This document shows positions 8,709 through 17,325 of a DNA stretch of 64,000 bases, piece after piece. The translations under genes were made by a program, and so were the position numbers. Positions within the stretch are counted from its first letter, which is position 1. Every line of letters starts with the position of its first letter. Origin of the DNA: a virus (taxonomy: Duplodnaviria > Heunggongvirae > Uroviricota > Caudoviricetes). Location: IMG/VR virus record IMGVR_UViG_3300042934_000212; one strand, 5' to 3'. The notes below the pieces were generated by a model. The model ran no database searches. It had not been told where the DNA came from and was given only the letters and a program-made list of their open reading frames with translations.

Positions 8709-8735
8709 TTAAAAAGAAGGGGGCTATGCCCCCTA
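8709..8735 (-). terminator. intrinsic terminator after nadV
   Basis: GGGGG-ctatg-CCCCC hairpin (8719-8733) followed on minus strand by TTCTTTTT, 5 nt past the nadV stop. Confidence 0.6.
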
Positions 8736-8739
8736 AAGA

Positions 8740-10224
8740 TTACAAACCTTTGTTTGCACGTTCACGTACTTCATCGAAGGTACTGAGATTCATGATCTCA
8801 CCGTTCACGTACACATCAACCATCATATCACGTAGGAATGGGTTGACTTCTTGTAGTTCAATACGCTCTGCAATAATCTTATGAGTATTAGTACACTCAT
8901 AAGTAGTGACGCGACCACGTAAAGAACGCTTACCAACATCAGTGATTGGATCTTTGAATAGATCTTCCCAAACGCCAGTGTTTAGCTGTTGTGCGGAACC
9001 TTTCATTGCGAAGCTGTAAGTATCACGTCCTTTTTCTGGATGTACTAACTTACCACCCATACCAAATACGATGTTGGTAAGACAAAGCTTTTTAGCTTCC
9101 ATGTTTGCAACAATCTGACGAATACTGTCTTCGTTGATGCCGTCACCCTGAATTACACCAATGAATGAAGGTAATTCTTTATAACCATTTGCGTTTACGG
9201 TAAATCCGAACTTCTCCATCAAAATCTCTACGATTTCAATTGGCATTGTTAGTGGATCACCGCTATCTGGACGAAGAACTAACTTAGCTCCAGGGCAAAG
9301 TGCTGCGATTTCCATAATGGTAGCTTTCAAACGAGTACCAATGTATTCGCGGGTAAAACGATATGCATCATAGGTATCAATCACTACTGATACAATTGGT
9401 GGAACACCAATTGAACCTTTAGCAATATATGCACGTACTTTCATTTCCCACAAACGAACCATCTTAACTGCCATATTAAAGTCGTCGCGTTTGTCTGCGT
9501 CTGAGTTAGAACATGTTGCACTATGCTCACTCGCAGTAACTGAACTCAAATATGCATTAGTTGTGTGGTAGTATTGTTTAATGTAACGGTTAGCACTTAG
9601 ACAATCAGAACCGTTGAACAATGCCGCATGTGCCATACCTGCAATGATTGCAGATTCGAAGCTTGAAGCTCCGCGATCACCGAAGTTATGCAAGTGATAG
9701 TCCACAAAACGAGAGCCAGTATGACGCTCCATTGTATCAGCTAAGAATTCTTTAATGCTACGTGCATTACTAGCAACTGTAGTTGGGAACCAAACACCAC
9801 GCTGAAGCTGAGTTTCAATATAGCTTGCAATTACACAAACACGTGGATCAGTACTGAAAGAGCGTACTAATGGACTGCCAACAGGAACTAACGTACCTTC
9901 TGGAATTGCACGAATATGTAATGGAATTTTACCGCCATGTACTTCTACAATGTGTTCCCAAAAGCCGCGATCAAAATCATCGCCACGTTGTTCAGTTTCT
10001 AGTTGTGCTTCATCAATGTCATCAGTTGTGATTTCAATATCCAAATACTCTTGTAGATAATACTGAATACCCATCATCACGACATGTGTTGCGTACTTAC
10101 TTGGTTTACGTGCAATGATATTTGATTCAAGAGCTACAACACCCTCTTTCATCATAAAACCGTGACCAGTTTTGTACGAATCTACATTTAAGATAAAGTT
10201 TACATTTTTGTTAATTTTGTTCAT
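8740..10224 (-). CDS. nadV: nicotinamide phosphoribosyltransferase (NAMPT/NadV-like)
   Basis: 494 aa. N-terminal NVDSYKTGH motif typical of NAMPT/NAPRT type II PRTases. Size and overall similarity as in KVP40 NadV. ATG at 10224 with GGGAG SD. Confidence 0.85.
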   Translation of the reverse strand: MNKINKNVNFILNVDSYKTGHGFMMKEGVVALESNIIARKPSKYATHVVMMGIQYYLQEYLDIEITTDDIDEAQLETEQRGDDFDRGFWEHIVEVHGGKIPLHIRAIPEGTLVPVGSPLVRSFSTDPRVCVIASYIETQLQRGVWFPTTVASNARSIKEFLADTMERHTGSRFVDYHLHNFGDRGASSFESAIIAGMAHAALFNGSDCLSANRYIKQYYHTTNAYLSSVTASEHSATCSNSDADKRDDFNMAVKMVRLWEMKVRAYIAKGSIGVPPIVSVVIDTYDAYRFTREYIGTRLKATIMEIAALCPGAKLVLRPDSGDPLTMPIEIVEILMEKFGFTVNANGYKELPSFIGVIQGDGINEDSIRQIVANMEAKKLCLTNIVFGMGGKLVHPEKGRDTYSFAMKGSAQQLNTGVWEDLFKDPITDVGKRSLRGRVTTYECTNTHKIIAERIELQEVNPFLRDMMVDVYVNGEIMNLSTFDEVRERANKGL

Positions 10225-10282
10225 ACTAAGACTCCCTTAGATATTAATGTTAATGAAAGCTACATCGCTTTCGGTTTTTGGT

Positions 10283-10804
10283 TTATACCAAATGTGGTAG
10301 AAGAATTAAAGGTATCTTTGCCAATAAGTTACTTGGTTCAAATACATGTTTACCAAAGCTAAAGTACGAGTACATTGCATATGGATTACGCTTTTCTTCT
10401 GCAATTTCTTTCAATGTGAATTCGAATAAGTCACCGAACTCATCAGTTGTTGTGTAGTACAATACATCATCGCGTACCATAATGTACCTTGATTGTGGCT
10501 TAGATATATGTACTGCACCTTGATCTATACAAGCAAAGTACACTTGCACATATCGCATATTTTCATTTACTTCAAGTGCATCATATACACCAAAAGTTCG
10601 TAGTGCAAAGATGCTGTTCTCGTGAGTAGGCTGCTTCTTAATCATTTCAAGGATGTAAGATATTGGCTCTACATTAGTCAAATTACTTGGAATCTTATAT
10701 TCAGATTCTTCAATCTTCTGAATAAATTCAGGTTGATTTGTACTGATATATTTCAATTCATTATAAAATTCGGTTGGTTGACAGAACAACATATTACTTC
10801 TCAC
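10283..10804 (-). CDS. hypothetical protein
   Basis: 173-aa ORF between nadV and natV; no recognisable motif. Confidence 0.45.
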   Translation of the reverse strand: MRSNMLFCQPTEFYNELKYISTNQPEFIQKIEESEYKIPSNLTNVEPISYILEMIKKQPTHENSIFALRTFGVYDALEVNENMRYVQVYFACIDQGAVHISKPQSRYIMVRDDVLYYTTTDEFGDLFEFTLKEIAEEKRNPYAMYSYFSFGKHVFEPSNLLAKIPLILLPHLV

Positions 10805-10834
10805 TTAAAAGGAGTACCGAAGTACTCCAACAAC

Positions 10835-11950
10835 TTATAGAATACCTAAGAAAGTATCGATGATACTTAAATGGTCTTCGAAGAACTTATCACGGTTTTG
10901 AACAAGTTCACCTAGTGGCATCCAGAATGCTTTCTCTGCATCGTCAGCACCTTTTACCTTTGGTAAGGTATTGTCCTGAAGCTGAATATAAGAGCATTTG
11001 GTAATGATACGCCAGCGTTGTGAACGGTTGAAGTCCCCAAATTCCATACTTTCACGGATTGAACCTTCAAGTACTTTCATTGGAACATCAATCTTTGTTT
11101 CTTCTTTCAATTCGCGTAGTGCAGTTTGGATTTGATCTTTATCCTGCCACGCATCAAAGAAGCCGCCTGGTAGTGCATACAAACCTTTGCCTGGGAATGT
11201 GCGACGTTTCACAAGAAGAATGTGACCAGCACTGATTACCATTGCATCACCCGTTAAGAACGGAATGTTGTTGTATGGCAAACGCTCATTCATTTCTGCA
11301 CGATAACGTTGGACGAAGTTGAATTCACCAATTAAGTTTTCGAAAACAGTTGGTTTAGTTTGCATAAACTTCTGAAGGAACTCTTTAGTTTCTTCTGGAA
11401 GTGTTTCAGGAACTTCTTTAGTGCTAAAGAATTGCTGACGCATTGCAGTACTATTAATAGTGATTGGATTTGATTCTGCGTCCTTCTCACGATACTGCGG
11501 TGGGATACCAGCCTGTGATTTCTTTACTTCACCAATAAAATCTTGCTGCCACTGTGGGAAGAAGTTCAGATAGAAAGTACTTTCATCCGCTTCTTTACGA
11601 CAGCCAGTAATAAAGATATTATCACTTGTAGTTACGGATTTAACTTGTTCGTGTACTTCCATCAACCACTTGCTGTTGTTATATACGTAGTCGTGGATCG
11701 GTAGAATATCAATCTGTACCCGACGACCTTTAGCCCATTCATCCTGTGCCAAACGACTAGACATAGCATCCAGTACCTGTTTGCGTTCTGCGAACGTGAA
11801 CGGATTTTTTGAATCACGTGCAAGCTCAGAACTACCAACAAGAATTACCAAACGGTCGGAATTTTCTAATGCGTGTTTAATGGTGGCTTCATGACCTTTG
11901 TGTGCCATCTGAAAACGACCAATATACACATATACTTTTTCTTTACTCAT
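10835..11950 (-). CDS. natV: bifunctional NMN adenylyltransferase / Nudix hydrolase (NadM-Nudix, NatV-like)
   Basis: 371 aa. N-terminal YIGRFQMAHKGH (HxGH nucleotidyltransferase). C-terminal Nudix box ALPGGFFDAWQDKDQIQTALRELKEETKI. Same architecture as KVP40 NatV. Confidence 0.85.
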   Translation of the reverse strand: MSKEKVYVYIGRFQMAHKGHEATIKHALENSDRLVILVGSSELARDSKNPFTFAERKQVLDAMSSRLAQDEWAKGRRVQIDILPIHDYVYNNSKWLMEVHEQVKSVTTSDNIFITGCRKEADESTFYLNFFPQWQQDFIGEVKKSQAGIPPQYREKDAESNPITINSTAMRQQFFSTKEVPETLPEETKEFLQKFMQTKPTVFENLIGEFNFVQRYRAEMNERLPYNNIPFLTGDAMVISAGHILLVKRRTFPGKGLYALPGGFFDAWQDKDQIQTALRELKEETKIDVPMKVLEGSIRESMEFGDFNRSQRWRIITKCSYIQLQDNTLPKVKGADDAEKAFWMPLGELVQNRDKFFEDHLSIIDTFLGIL

Positions 11951-12134
11951 TCTAAGACTCCCTTAGTTATTTGTTATTCAAGGCTACATCACCTTGTATT
12001 CATATTATATCACAAAAAAGTTCAATGTTTCATTTTTTATTTTGTGTATAAACTCTTTAAGTACAGAAATCATACCAGAAGTTTTCAATTTTGCAAGTTC
12101 TTTTTTGTTAAAAAGTAAATATTAATAGAGATGC

Positions 12135-12165
12135 CTCATTTTTAACATCTCAATAAATATATAAT
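12135..12165 (+). promoter_or_regulatory. possible T4-type late promoter for Big_2 gene
   Basis: AATAAATATATAATATAAC upstream of AGGAGactaaaaATG. TAAATA core is one mismatch from T4 late consensus TATAAATA. Intergenic divergent region. Confidence 0.3.
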
Positions 12166-12188
12166 ATAACTTTCTTAGGAGACTAAAA

Positions 12189-13094
12189 ATGGGAAAACCA
12201 ATTGCTGGTCGTAATAAATCCCCATTCGGTGTAGATGGCATTAATGTTGATGCTGCTGTACTAGCCGATGGTACAAAATTAACTAACATTCGTATTAGTA
12301 AACAACGTTCTGCTAACGTATTTGATCTAATGAGTGTTGATGGTCTAACTCTTTATCCATTCATTGAAATCACTGGTGTTGATAAAAATGGTGTAGCTTT
12401 AGATGTAACTGCAACTGGTGCAGAACTTTCGGATAGTATTGCTCCAGGGACTTTCTGTATTAGTGCGGTTGATACAAATGGAGACATTGTTGGATTTACT
12501 GTAAAACTATTAAGTAATAAACTAATTCTTCAAAATGGTAGTGTATTGTTCTTATCTGATTATTCTAGTCAAGGTCAGGTAATTGTTGCAGTATCTTCTG
12601 TTGCAGTATCTCCACTCACTGCTGCTATTCGTGTTGGTGCAACTCAACAACTTACTGCTACTATTGCTCCTGCTGATGCAACCAATAAGTCGGTGACTTG
12701 GATTTCAAGTGCACCTGCAATCGCTACAGTAAGTGCTTCAGGTTTAGTATCTGGCGTTACCAACGGTACTGCTAACGTAACTGTTACCTCAGTAGACGGT
12801 TCGTTCACTAGTGTTTCTGCAATTACTGTAAGTACTGCGGTAACTGGTGTTACAATGACTCCAGATTCCGTAACTCTAAGTATAGCTGGAACAACTACAC
12901 AACAACTAACATCTACCGTAGCTCCTGCTTCAGCATCTGTTAAGACCGTTACTTATGTTTCATCTGATCCGGCGGTTGCTACTGTAAGTGCATCTGGTCT
13001 AGTTACTGCTGTGACTGCTGGCTCTGCAACTATTACTGTTACAACTACTGATGGTTCATTCACTGATACTACGTCAGTTACTGTTACTGCTTAA
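12189..13094 (+). CDS. Ig-like (Big_2) repeat protein, possible capsid/virion decoration protein (Hoc-like)
   Basis: 301 aa, T/S/V-rich. Two repeats of ~80 aa with the Big_2 pattern (VTWISSAPAIATVSASGLVSGVTNGTANVTVTS / VTYVSSDPAVATVSASGLVTAVTAGSATITVTT). Only plus-strand gene in the window. Confidence 0.6.
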   Translation: MGKPIAGRNKSPFGVDGINVDAAVLADGTKLTNIRISKQRSANVFDLMSVDGLTLYPFIEITGVDKNGVALDVTATGAELSDSIAPGTFCISAVDTNGDIVGFTVKLLSNKLILQNGSVLFLSDYSSQGQVIVAVSSVAVSPLTAAIRVGATQQLTATIAPADATNKSVTWISSAPAIATVSASGLVSGVTNGTANVTVTSVDGSFTSVSAITVSTAVTGVTMTPDSVTLSIAGTTTQQLTSTVAPASASVKTVTYVSSDPAVATVSASGLVTAVTAGSATITVTTTDGSFTDTTSVTVTA

Positions 13095-13104
13095 TATTAT
13101 TTTA

Positions 13105-13141
13105 ATTAAAAAAAAGGAGCCAATTGGCTCCTTTTTTTTAA
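13105..13141. terminator. bidirectional intrinsic terminator
   Basis: AAAAAAAA-GGAGCCAATTGGCTCC-TTTTTTTT, a perfect palindromic hairpin flanked by A- and T-runs, between the plus-strand Big_2 gene and convergent minus-strand genes. Confidence 0.75.
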
Positions 13142-13404
13142 TTCATCTTTTCTACGACGAACTCTGCTTTTGGTCGGTCTTTGTAATACACGCGATTACC
13201 AAAGAACGTAAGTACGTCTTCATCGTGAGTATCAAGTGCATTCGTGATGTAGTACTGTTCCTTTACTGGATCAAAACGTACAACGAAATTACGCACATTT
13301 TTCTTTGGAGCTTTTTTGGTCATGTTACCAAATGCCACCTTAATAAAGGTGAAGATAATTCCAATAACCACTACTGCGTAAAAAACAAAAATAAGTACTT
13401 TCAT
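13138..13404 (-). CDS. small membrane protein
   Basis: 88 aa with N-terminal TM helix MKVLIFVFYAVVVIGIIFTFI. Confidence 0.4.
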   Translation of the reverse strand: MKVLIFVFYAVVVIGIIFTFIKVAFGNMTKKAPKKNVRNFVVRFDPVKEQYYITNALDTHDEDVLTFFGNRVYYKDRPKAEFVVEKMN

Positions 13405-13407
13405 TAA

Positions 13408-13887
13408 TTAGTCCTCTAAGTCGGATAGTCTTTGAACCATTATACCAGCATTTCGCAGTACGTCAATGGCTTGTGATGGTGTTCTGTGATATTCATTATC
13501 AAAAATCACACGTTTAATTCCAGATCCTGCAATCAAAAGTGAGCACACATAACAAGGCTGTAACGTACAGTAAAGGGTCGCACCATCCCGGTCAGATGGA
13601 TTCGAAAACAAAAGTGCGTTGTGTTCTGCATGAAGTTCATGTAACTGACTCCATTCATGATGATGATGTTTCGCTTCATCACTAACCCAATTCTGAAACT
13701 CACCGTTATTTACTAAATGTTTATTAGCATCACAACAATTCAGTTGACCGGATGGTGAACCATTATAACCTGTACTGACAATACGATCATTCTTTACAAT
13801 AACTGCACCCACATGATGTGAGATGCATTTACTTTCATCAGCTACTATATGAGCTATCTTCATCCAAGTTGTATGCTTCATAATCAA
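13408..13887 (-). CDS. cd: dCMP deaminase
   Basis: 159 aa. HAEHNAL zinc-binding motif plus PCYVCS (PCxxC) of CMP/dCMP deaminases. T4 cd equivalent. Confidence 0.8.
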   Translation of the reverse strand: MIMKHTTWMKIAHIVADESKCISHHVGAVIVKNDRIVSTGYNGSPSGQLNCCDANKHLVNNGEFQNWVSDEAKHHHHEWSQLHELHAEHNALLFSNPSDRDGATLYCTLQPCYVCSLLIAGSGIKRVIFDNEYHRTPSQAIDVLRNAGIMVQRLSDLED

Positions 13888-14350
13888 TCCCTAATTGTTT
13901 TGCAATTTTTATTGAAGACAAATGCCAGTCCTGCATCGTTTGATAAAAGACTACATCACTTTCACTAATCTCAAATGGTTGTTTGGCATACATCGACCAA
14001 CGCTGGTGTGTCTTCTTGAATAAGTCTTCGGTTTTCTCGTCATATTCTTCAGCATACCATTTAAGTTGTTTTTCAGCTTCGGTAAGTTGATCAAGTAGAC
14101 GTAGTTTAAAGTACCCACCAAATGCGTAAGGAGTTCCGCCATAAGGTGTAATCCAATAACCATCATCTTCATAGAAGAATTTACGCCATCCAGTACGGTA
14201 ACGTTCTTTGTACTGTGCATCCATTAGTAATTGACGGTCAATCCATAAGTTATATAGGTAATCACCTAACATAATAGACTTTTCTAAATTACGTAACCAG
14301 ATGATTGTATCATTTTGAGATAATGTTTTATAGTTCATGTTTAATACCAA
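13838..14350 (-). CDS. hypothetical protein
   Basis: 170-aa ORF, W/Y-rich. Likely true start at an internal Met to avoid the 50-nt overlap. Confidence 0.4.
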   Translation of the reverse strand: MVLNMNYKTLSQNDTIIWLRNLEKSIMLGDYLYNLWIDRQLLMDAQYKERYRTGWRKFFYEDDGYWITPYGGTPYAFGGYFKLRLLDQLTEAEKQLKWYAEEYDEKTEDLFKKTHQRWSMYAKQPFEISESDVVFYQTMQDWHLSSIKIAKQLGIDYEAYNLDEDSSYSS

Positions 14351-14855
14351 TCACTTCCAATAGTTCAAGTCGTTTTAGATTTACTTCTTTTACTTCTTCG
14401 TACATCTTAAGAATCTCAGTATCAACTGTAAACGGCACTGTTCCGTATTTCAACAGAATATCATGCATCTCTTTTATTTCTTCAACTCTCTTTCCATAAA
14501 GGTAGGGAGTTTCGAGTGCAGCATGGACAACCTGATTAGCAATAGTTTCCTGTGAAACATTAAGCTGTTTTAGGAAATTAGGATTAAGTTCTGCACGGTT
14601 ATACGAATATACGTATTTCTTTTCAGATACTAATGTAGTACTAGTGTGTAAGCAAGTGCCGCGTTTGCAAATCCTGTCAAAGAAACGATCCTTCTTCATC
14701 GGTTTAAACAAACCTTTGTGGTTTCGTTTATACGAATTATAATAACGCTCCAGAATATCATAAGCCTGTTCATGAACAAGACAAATAATAGTTTCGTGAT
14801 TACCTAAATGTGTTAGTAAATCGTATGTCTGTTCTTCAGTTAATTTGAATTCCAT
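14328..14855 (-). CDS. hypothetical protein
   Basis: 175-aa ORF, translationally coupled. Confidence 0.4.
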   Translation of the reverse strand: MEFKLTEEQTYDLLTHLGNHETIICLVHEQAYDILERYYNSYKRNHKGLFKPMKKDRFFDRICKRGTCLHTSTTLVSEKKYVYSYNRAELNPNFLKQLNVSQETIANQVVHAALETPYLYGKRVEEIKEMHDILLKYGTVPFTVDTEILKMYEEVKEVNLKRLELLEVIGIKHEL

Positions 14856-15397
14856 TCAAGTGCCTTATTGTAAAAATAATCAATTCGTTCTAACCATTTA
14901 ATATCGGATTCATCAAACTCAAATGGTCGGTGAGCGTACTTAATTAGTACTGTGTACTTTTCACGCAAATCATAATTAAGATAGAAATCATCAGTAAGAG
15001 TACTAGCTTTGTTTAAAATATCGATTTCATCTTTATTGAATTTTTCGATACCATAACGTTCTAATATGCTACTATCTATGGTGTTGAAATACCCAAACCC
15101 ATAAACGAAATCACCTTCTTTAGAAAATAAATCATTCTCAAACAAACTTGAGCCGTATGAACCGTCAATAGAAATTATTCTAGGGTGATTGTAGCAGGTA
15201 AGTCTGTCGATGAAATCTTTTTCTTCAAGTGCTTTCCATGTGAATAATGATTTTTTAAAATTACGAATGTATTCGTAAAACTTATCAAGTAACATCACAT
15301 GTGCAGATGCATTAATGCTGTAACAGTAATCAGAAACTACCTTGAACTTATTAATGAGTTCATCAGTTTCTTCTGGTGTATACGGGCGTAGTTTCAT
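14840..15397 (-). CDS. hypothetical protein
   Basis: 185-aa ORF. Confidence 0.4.
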   Translation of the reverse strand: MKLRPYTPEETDELINKFKVVSDYCYSINASAHVMLLDKFYEYIRNFKKSLFTWKALEEKDFIDRLTCYNHPRIISIDGSYGSSLFENDLFSKEGDFVYGFGYFNTIDSSILERYGIEKFNKDEIDILNKASTLTDDFYLNYDLREKYTVLIKYAHRPFEFDESDIKWLERIDYFYNKALEWNSN

Positions 15398-15404
15398 AAT
15401 GTTC

Positions 15405-15432
15405 CTTAAAAATAAAGCCGCACAAGGCGGCT
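15405..15432 (-). terminator. intrinsic terminator
   Basis: GCCGC-acaa-GGCGGC hairpin (15417-15431) followed on minus strand by TTTATTTTT. Confidence 0.55.
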
Positions 15433-15439
15433 TTAAAAA

Positions 15440-15886
15440 TTACTTAGCGATGTAGTTGTATTGATAAAGATCTTTATCGTCAAGAATACCACTATCATAA
15501 CCGTACTGAAGAATAATATCGAACCCTTCATCTACCATACGAACAACATCTGAATAGCGACTAACTTTATCAGAGTTATCTTCAATTGACTTAATTAGCA
15601 TATTAAGTACTGGAGCCATATGTGGTGCATGTAGCTTCTGAAGACGTGGGCGACGTGTTGCTGCTAGAATATCGTTCCACGAAGGAACAAACTTCTCACC
15701 ACGAATCGGAATATTCGCAAGAGTCATTGGGAAGCTGCGGTTATTACGCTTCATGAAATCTTCTTGTGCCGTGCGGTAACCCCTACGGAACAATGGATGC
15801 ATTTGTTTTAGTTGTTCGTTTGATAGTACTTCATTTTTCTTTTCCTGGAAAAATTCATATCCAAGATTATAATGGTTGTTGCTCAT
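15440..15886 (-). CDS. hypothetical protein
   Basis: 148-aa ORF. Confidence 0.4.
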   Translation of the reverse strand: MSNNHYNLGYEFFQEKKNEVLSNEQLKQMHPLFRRGYRTAQEDFMKRNNRSFPMTLANIPIRGEKFVPSWNDILAATRRPRLQKLHAPHMAPVLNMLIKSIEDNSDKVSRYSDVVRMVDEGFDIILQYGYDSGILDDKDLYQYNYIAK

Positions 15887-15890
15887 TCAC

Positions 15891-16178
15891 TTAGTCCTTT
15901 GATACTGCCACTTTCTTTTGGAAAGTTCCTTTAATATTACGTACTTCTTCTGCGTGTTCAAAAAGTGATTCAGGATGAATATTCTTAGCCTTAAGGTATT
16001 CACACATTAATTCTAGAATATCAGACATTGCATCCAAAACTGGTTCAGCTTCATCTGCATCTTTTACACTTAGTGCTGAACTTGCAATTTGCTCTAGTGC
16101 TACACTCATAAACTCTGAAGTACTTAATGCTTCAGAGTTTTCGGGAATAACATTATCCCGAATTAAACTCTTATTCAT
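15891..16178 (-). CDS. hypothetical acidic protein
   Basis: 95-aa ORF. Confidence 0.35.
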   Translation of the reverse strand: MNKSLIRDNVIPENSEALSTSEFMSVALEQIASSALSVKDADEAEPVLDAMSDILELMCEYLKAKNIHPESLFEHAEEVRNIKGTFQKKVAVSKD

Positions 16179-16188
16179 AATTTATATT

Positions 16189-16872
16189 TTAAACCCAATC
16201 AAAAGAACCATCGCGACGTTTAACTTTGTACTGACCTTTTTCGTTACGTTCACCGACTAGAATACCATCGACAAAACCTTTAGTACCGTACTGTAGAGAT
16301 TCTTCAGCGTTCAACCAAAGATCACGATCTACATCACGTAGGAATTGTTTATAAGGTACACCAACTGCGTCAGCAATTTGTGAAGTTAAAAGTTCATTCA
16401 AACGATCAGAGTGTGCTAGTGCAATCTTCTGATCAGTAATTAGACCTTTAGTACCAGATGATACTTGGTGTGCCATGATAAATGCATCAGCACCCATTAA
16501 ACGCATACCTGGAGTACCAATTACTGACTGAGTATAGCAACCCATACTTGCAGCATAACCTAGTACAATGGTTTTGATTGGTGAACGGCAGTTTTTAGCT
16601 ACATCTTTAATACCTAGACCTGCGTGTACTGAACCGCCAGGGGAAGTAATGAAAAGAGTAATTGGTTCTGCTGAACGTGAATCAAGATACATTAGCTGCA
16701 TTTTGATTACGTGTGCCATTTGATCGTTGAAGTCAGTATCAATCATGATGATACGTTCTTGCATCATACGAGATGCTAGGTCATAGGAACGCTCACCATC
16801 GCTCGAACGCTCTAGAACAAATGGCATGGTTAGAGAGGTTGGGGTCATATCTTCAGTAGTTTTATCGAACAT
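16189..16872 (-). CDS. ClpP-like serine protease (S14 family)
   Basis: 227 aa. ITSPGGSVHAGLGIKDV...VLGYAASMGC matches the ClpP GGxV(T)AG...G(Q)AASMG catalytic-Ser region. Confidence 0.65.
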   Translation of the reverse strand: MFDKTTEDMTPTSLTMPFVLERSSDGERSYDLASRMMQERIIMIDTDFNDQMAHVIKMQLMYLDSRSAEPITLFITSPGGSVHAGLGIKDVAKNCRSPIKTIVLGYAASMGCYTQSVIGTPGMRLMGADAFIMAHQVSSGTKGLITDQKIALAHSDRLNELLTSQIADAVGVPYKQFLRDVDRDLWLNAEESLQYGTKGFVDGILVGERNEKGQYKVKRRDGSFDWV

Positions 16873-16881
16873 GTTGCTTCC

Positions 16882-17325
16882 TTAAGTTGAAATATCGCCA
16901 GAAATTGTACTGCAATTACCTGCAATCACGCCTGCGTCAACATCACCTGAAACTGTAGTGACATTACCCGCTACATCATTGCTATCTACATCACCGGATG
17001 TGGTTGTAATATTACCGTGCACGTCTTCACATGCTACATCACCGGAAATTGTTTTAATTCCATTGTGAACATTCGCACAGGTAATTTTACCTGCACCTAA
17101 TTCAATTGAATCAACGTCACCATTGATTTCAATATTAATTTGTACGTCATCGGCAAAGGCTGGAACACCATCAACCATTACTACAGTACCGCCATCGGAA
17201 GTTTTCTTGATAACAAGATCCTGTCCTGTGATGTTCTGACCGTTAATAATGATCTGAGTACTCTCACGTGTAACCATTTGCATCAGACGCATCAAGCTTT
17301 CATTACCAGCCATGTTACACCTCAA
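16882..17325 (-). CDS. beta-helical repeat protein (bactofilin-like)
   Basis: 147 aa with ~11-residue repeats SGDVxxxDVxGNxTT, typical of a right-handed beta-helix/bactofilin-like fold. Confidence 0.35.
   Translation of the reverse strand: MRCNMAGNESLMRLMQMVTRESTQIIINGQNITGQDLVIKKTSDGGTVVMVDGVPAFADDVQINIEINGDVDSIELGAGKITCANVHNGIKTISGDVACEDVHGNITTTSGDVDSNDVAGNVTTVSGDVDAGVIAGNCSTISGDIST

Noticed and set aside
8740-11950. NARP1-type (Adps/Namat) NAD reconstitution pathway
   Set aside because: No PRPP-synthetase-like (Adps) or Namat-like ORFs seen. The pair present is the NAMPT + NMNAT (NadV/NatV) type instead.
13838-13887. 50-nt overlap between cd and the upstream ORF 13838..14350
   Set aside because: Probably an ORF-track artefact of choosing the longest frame; an internal Met (MNYKT…) would give a normal short overlap. 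Not interpreted as programmed frameshift.
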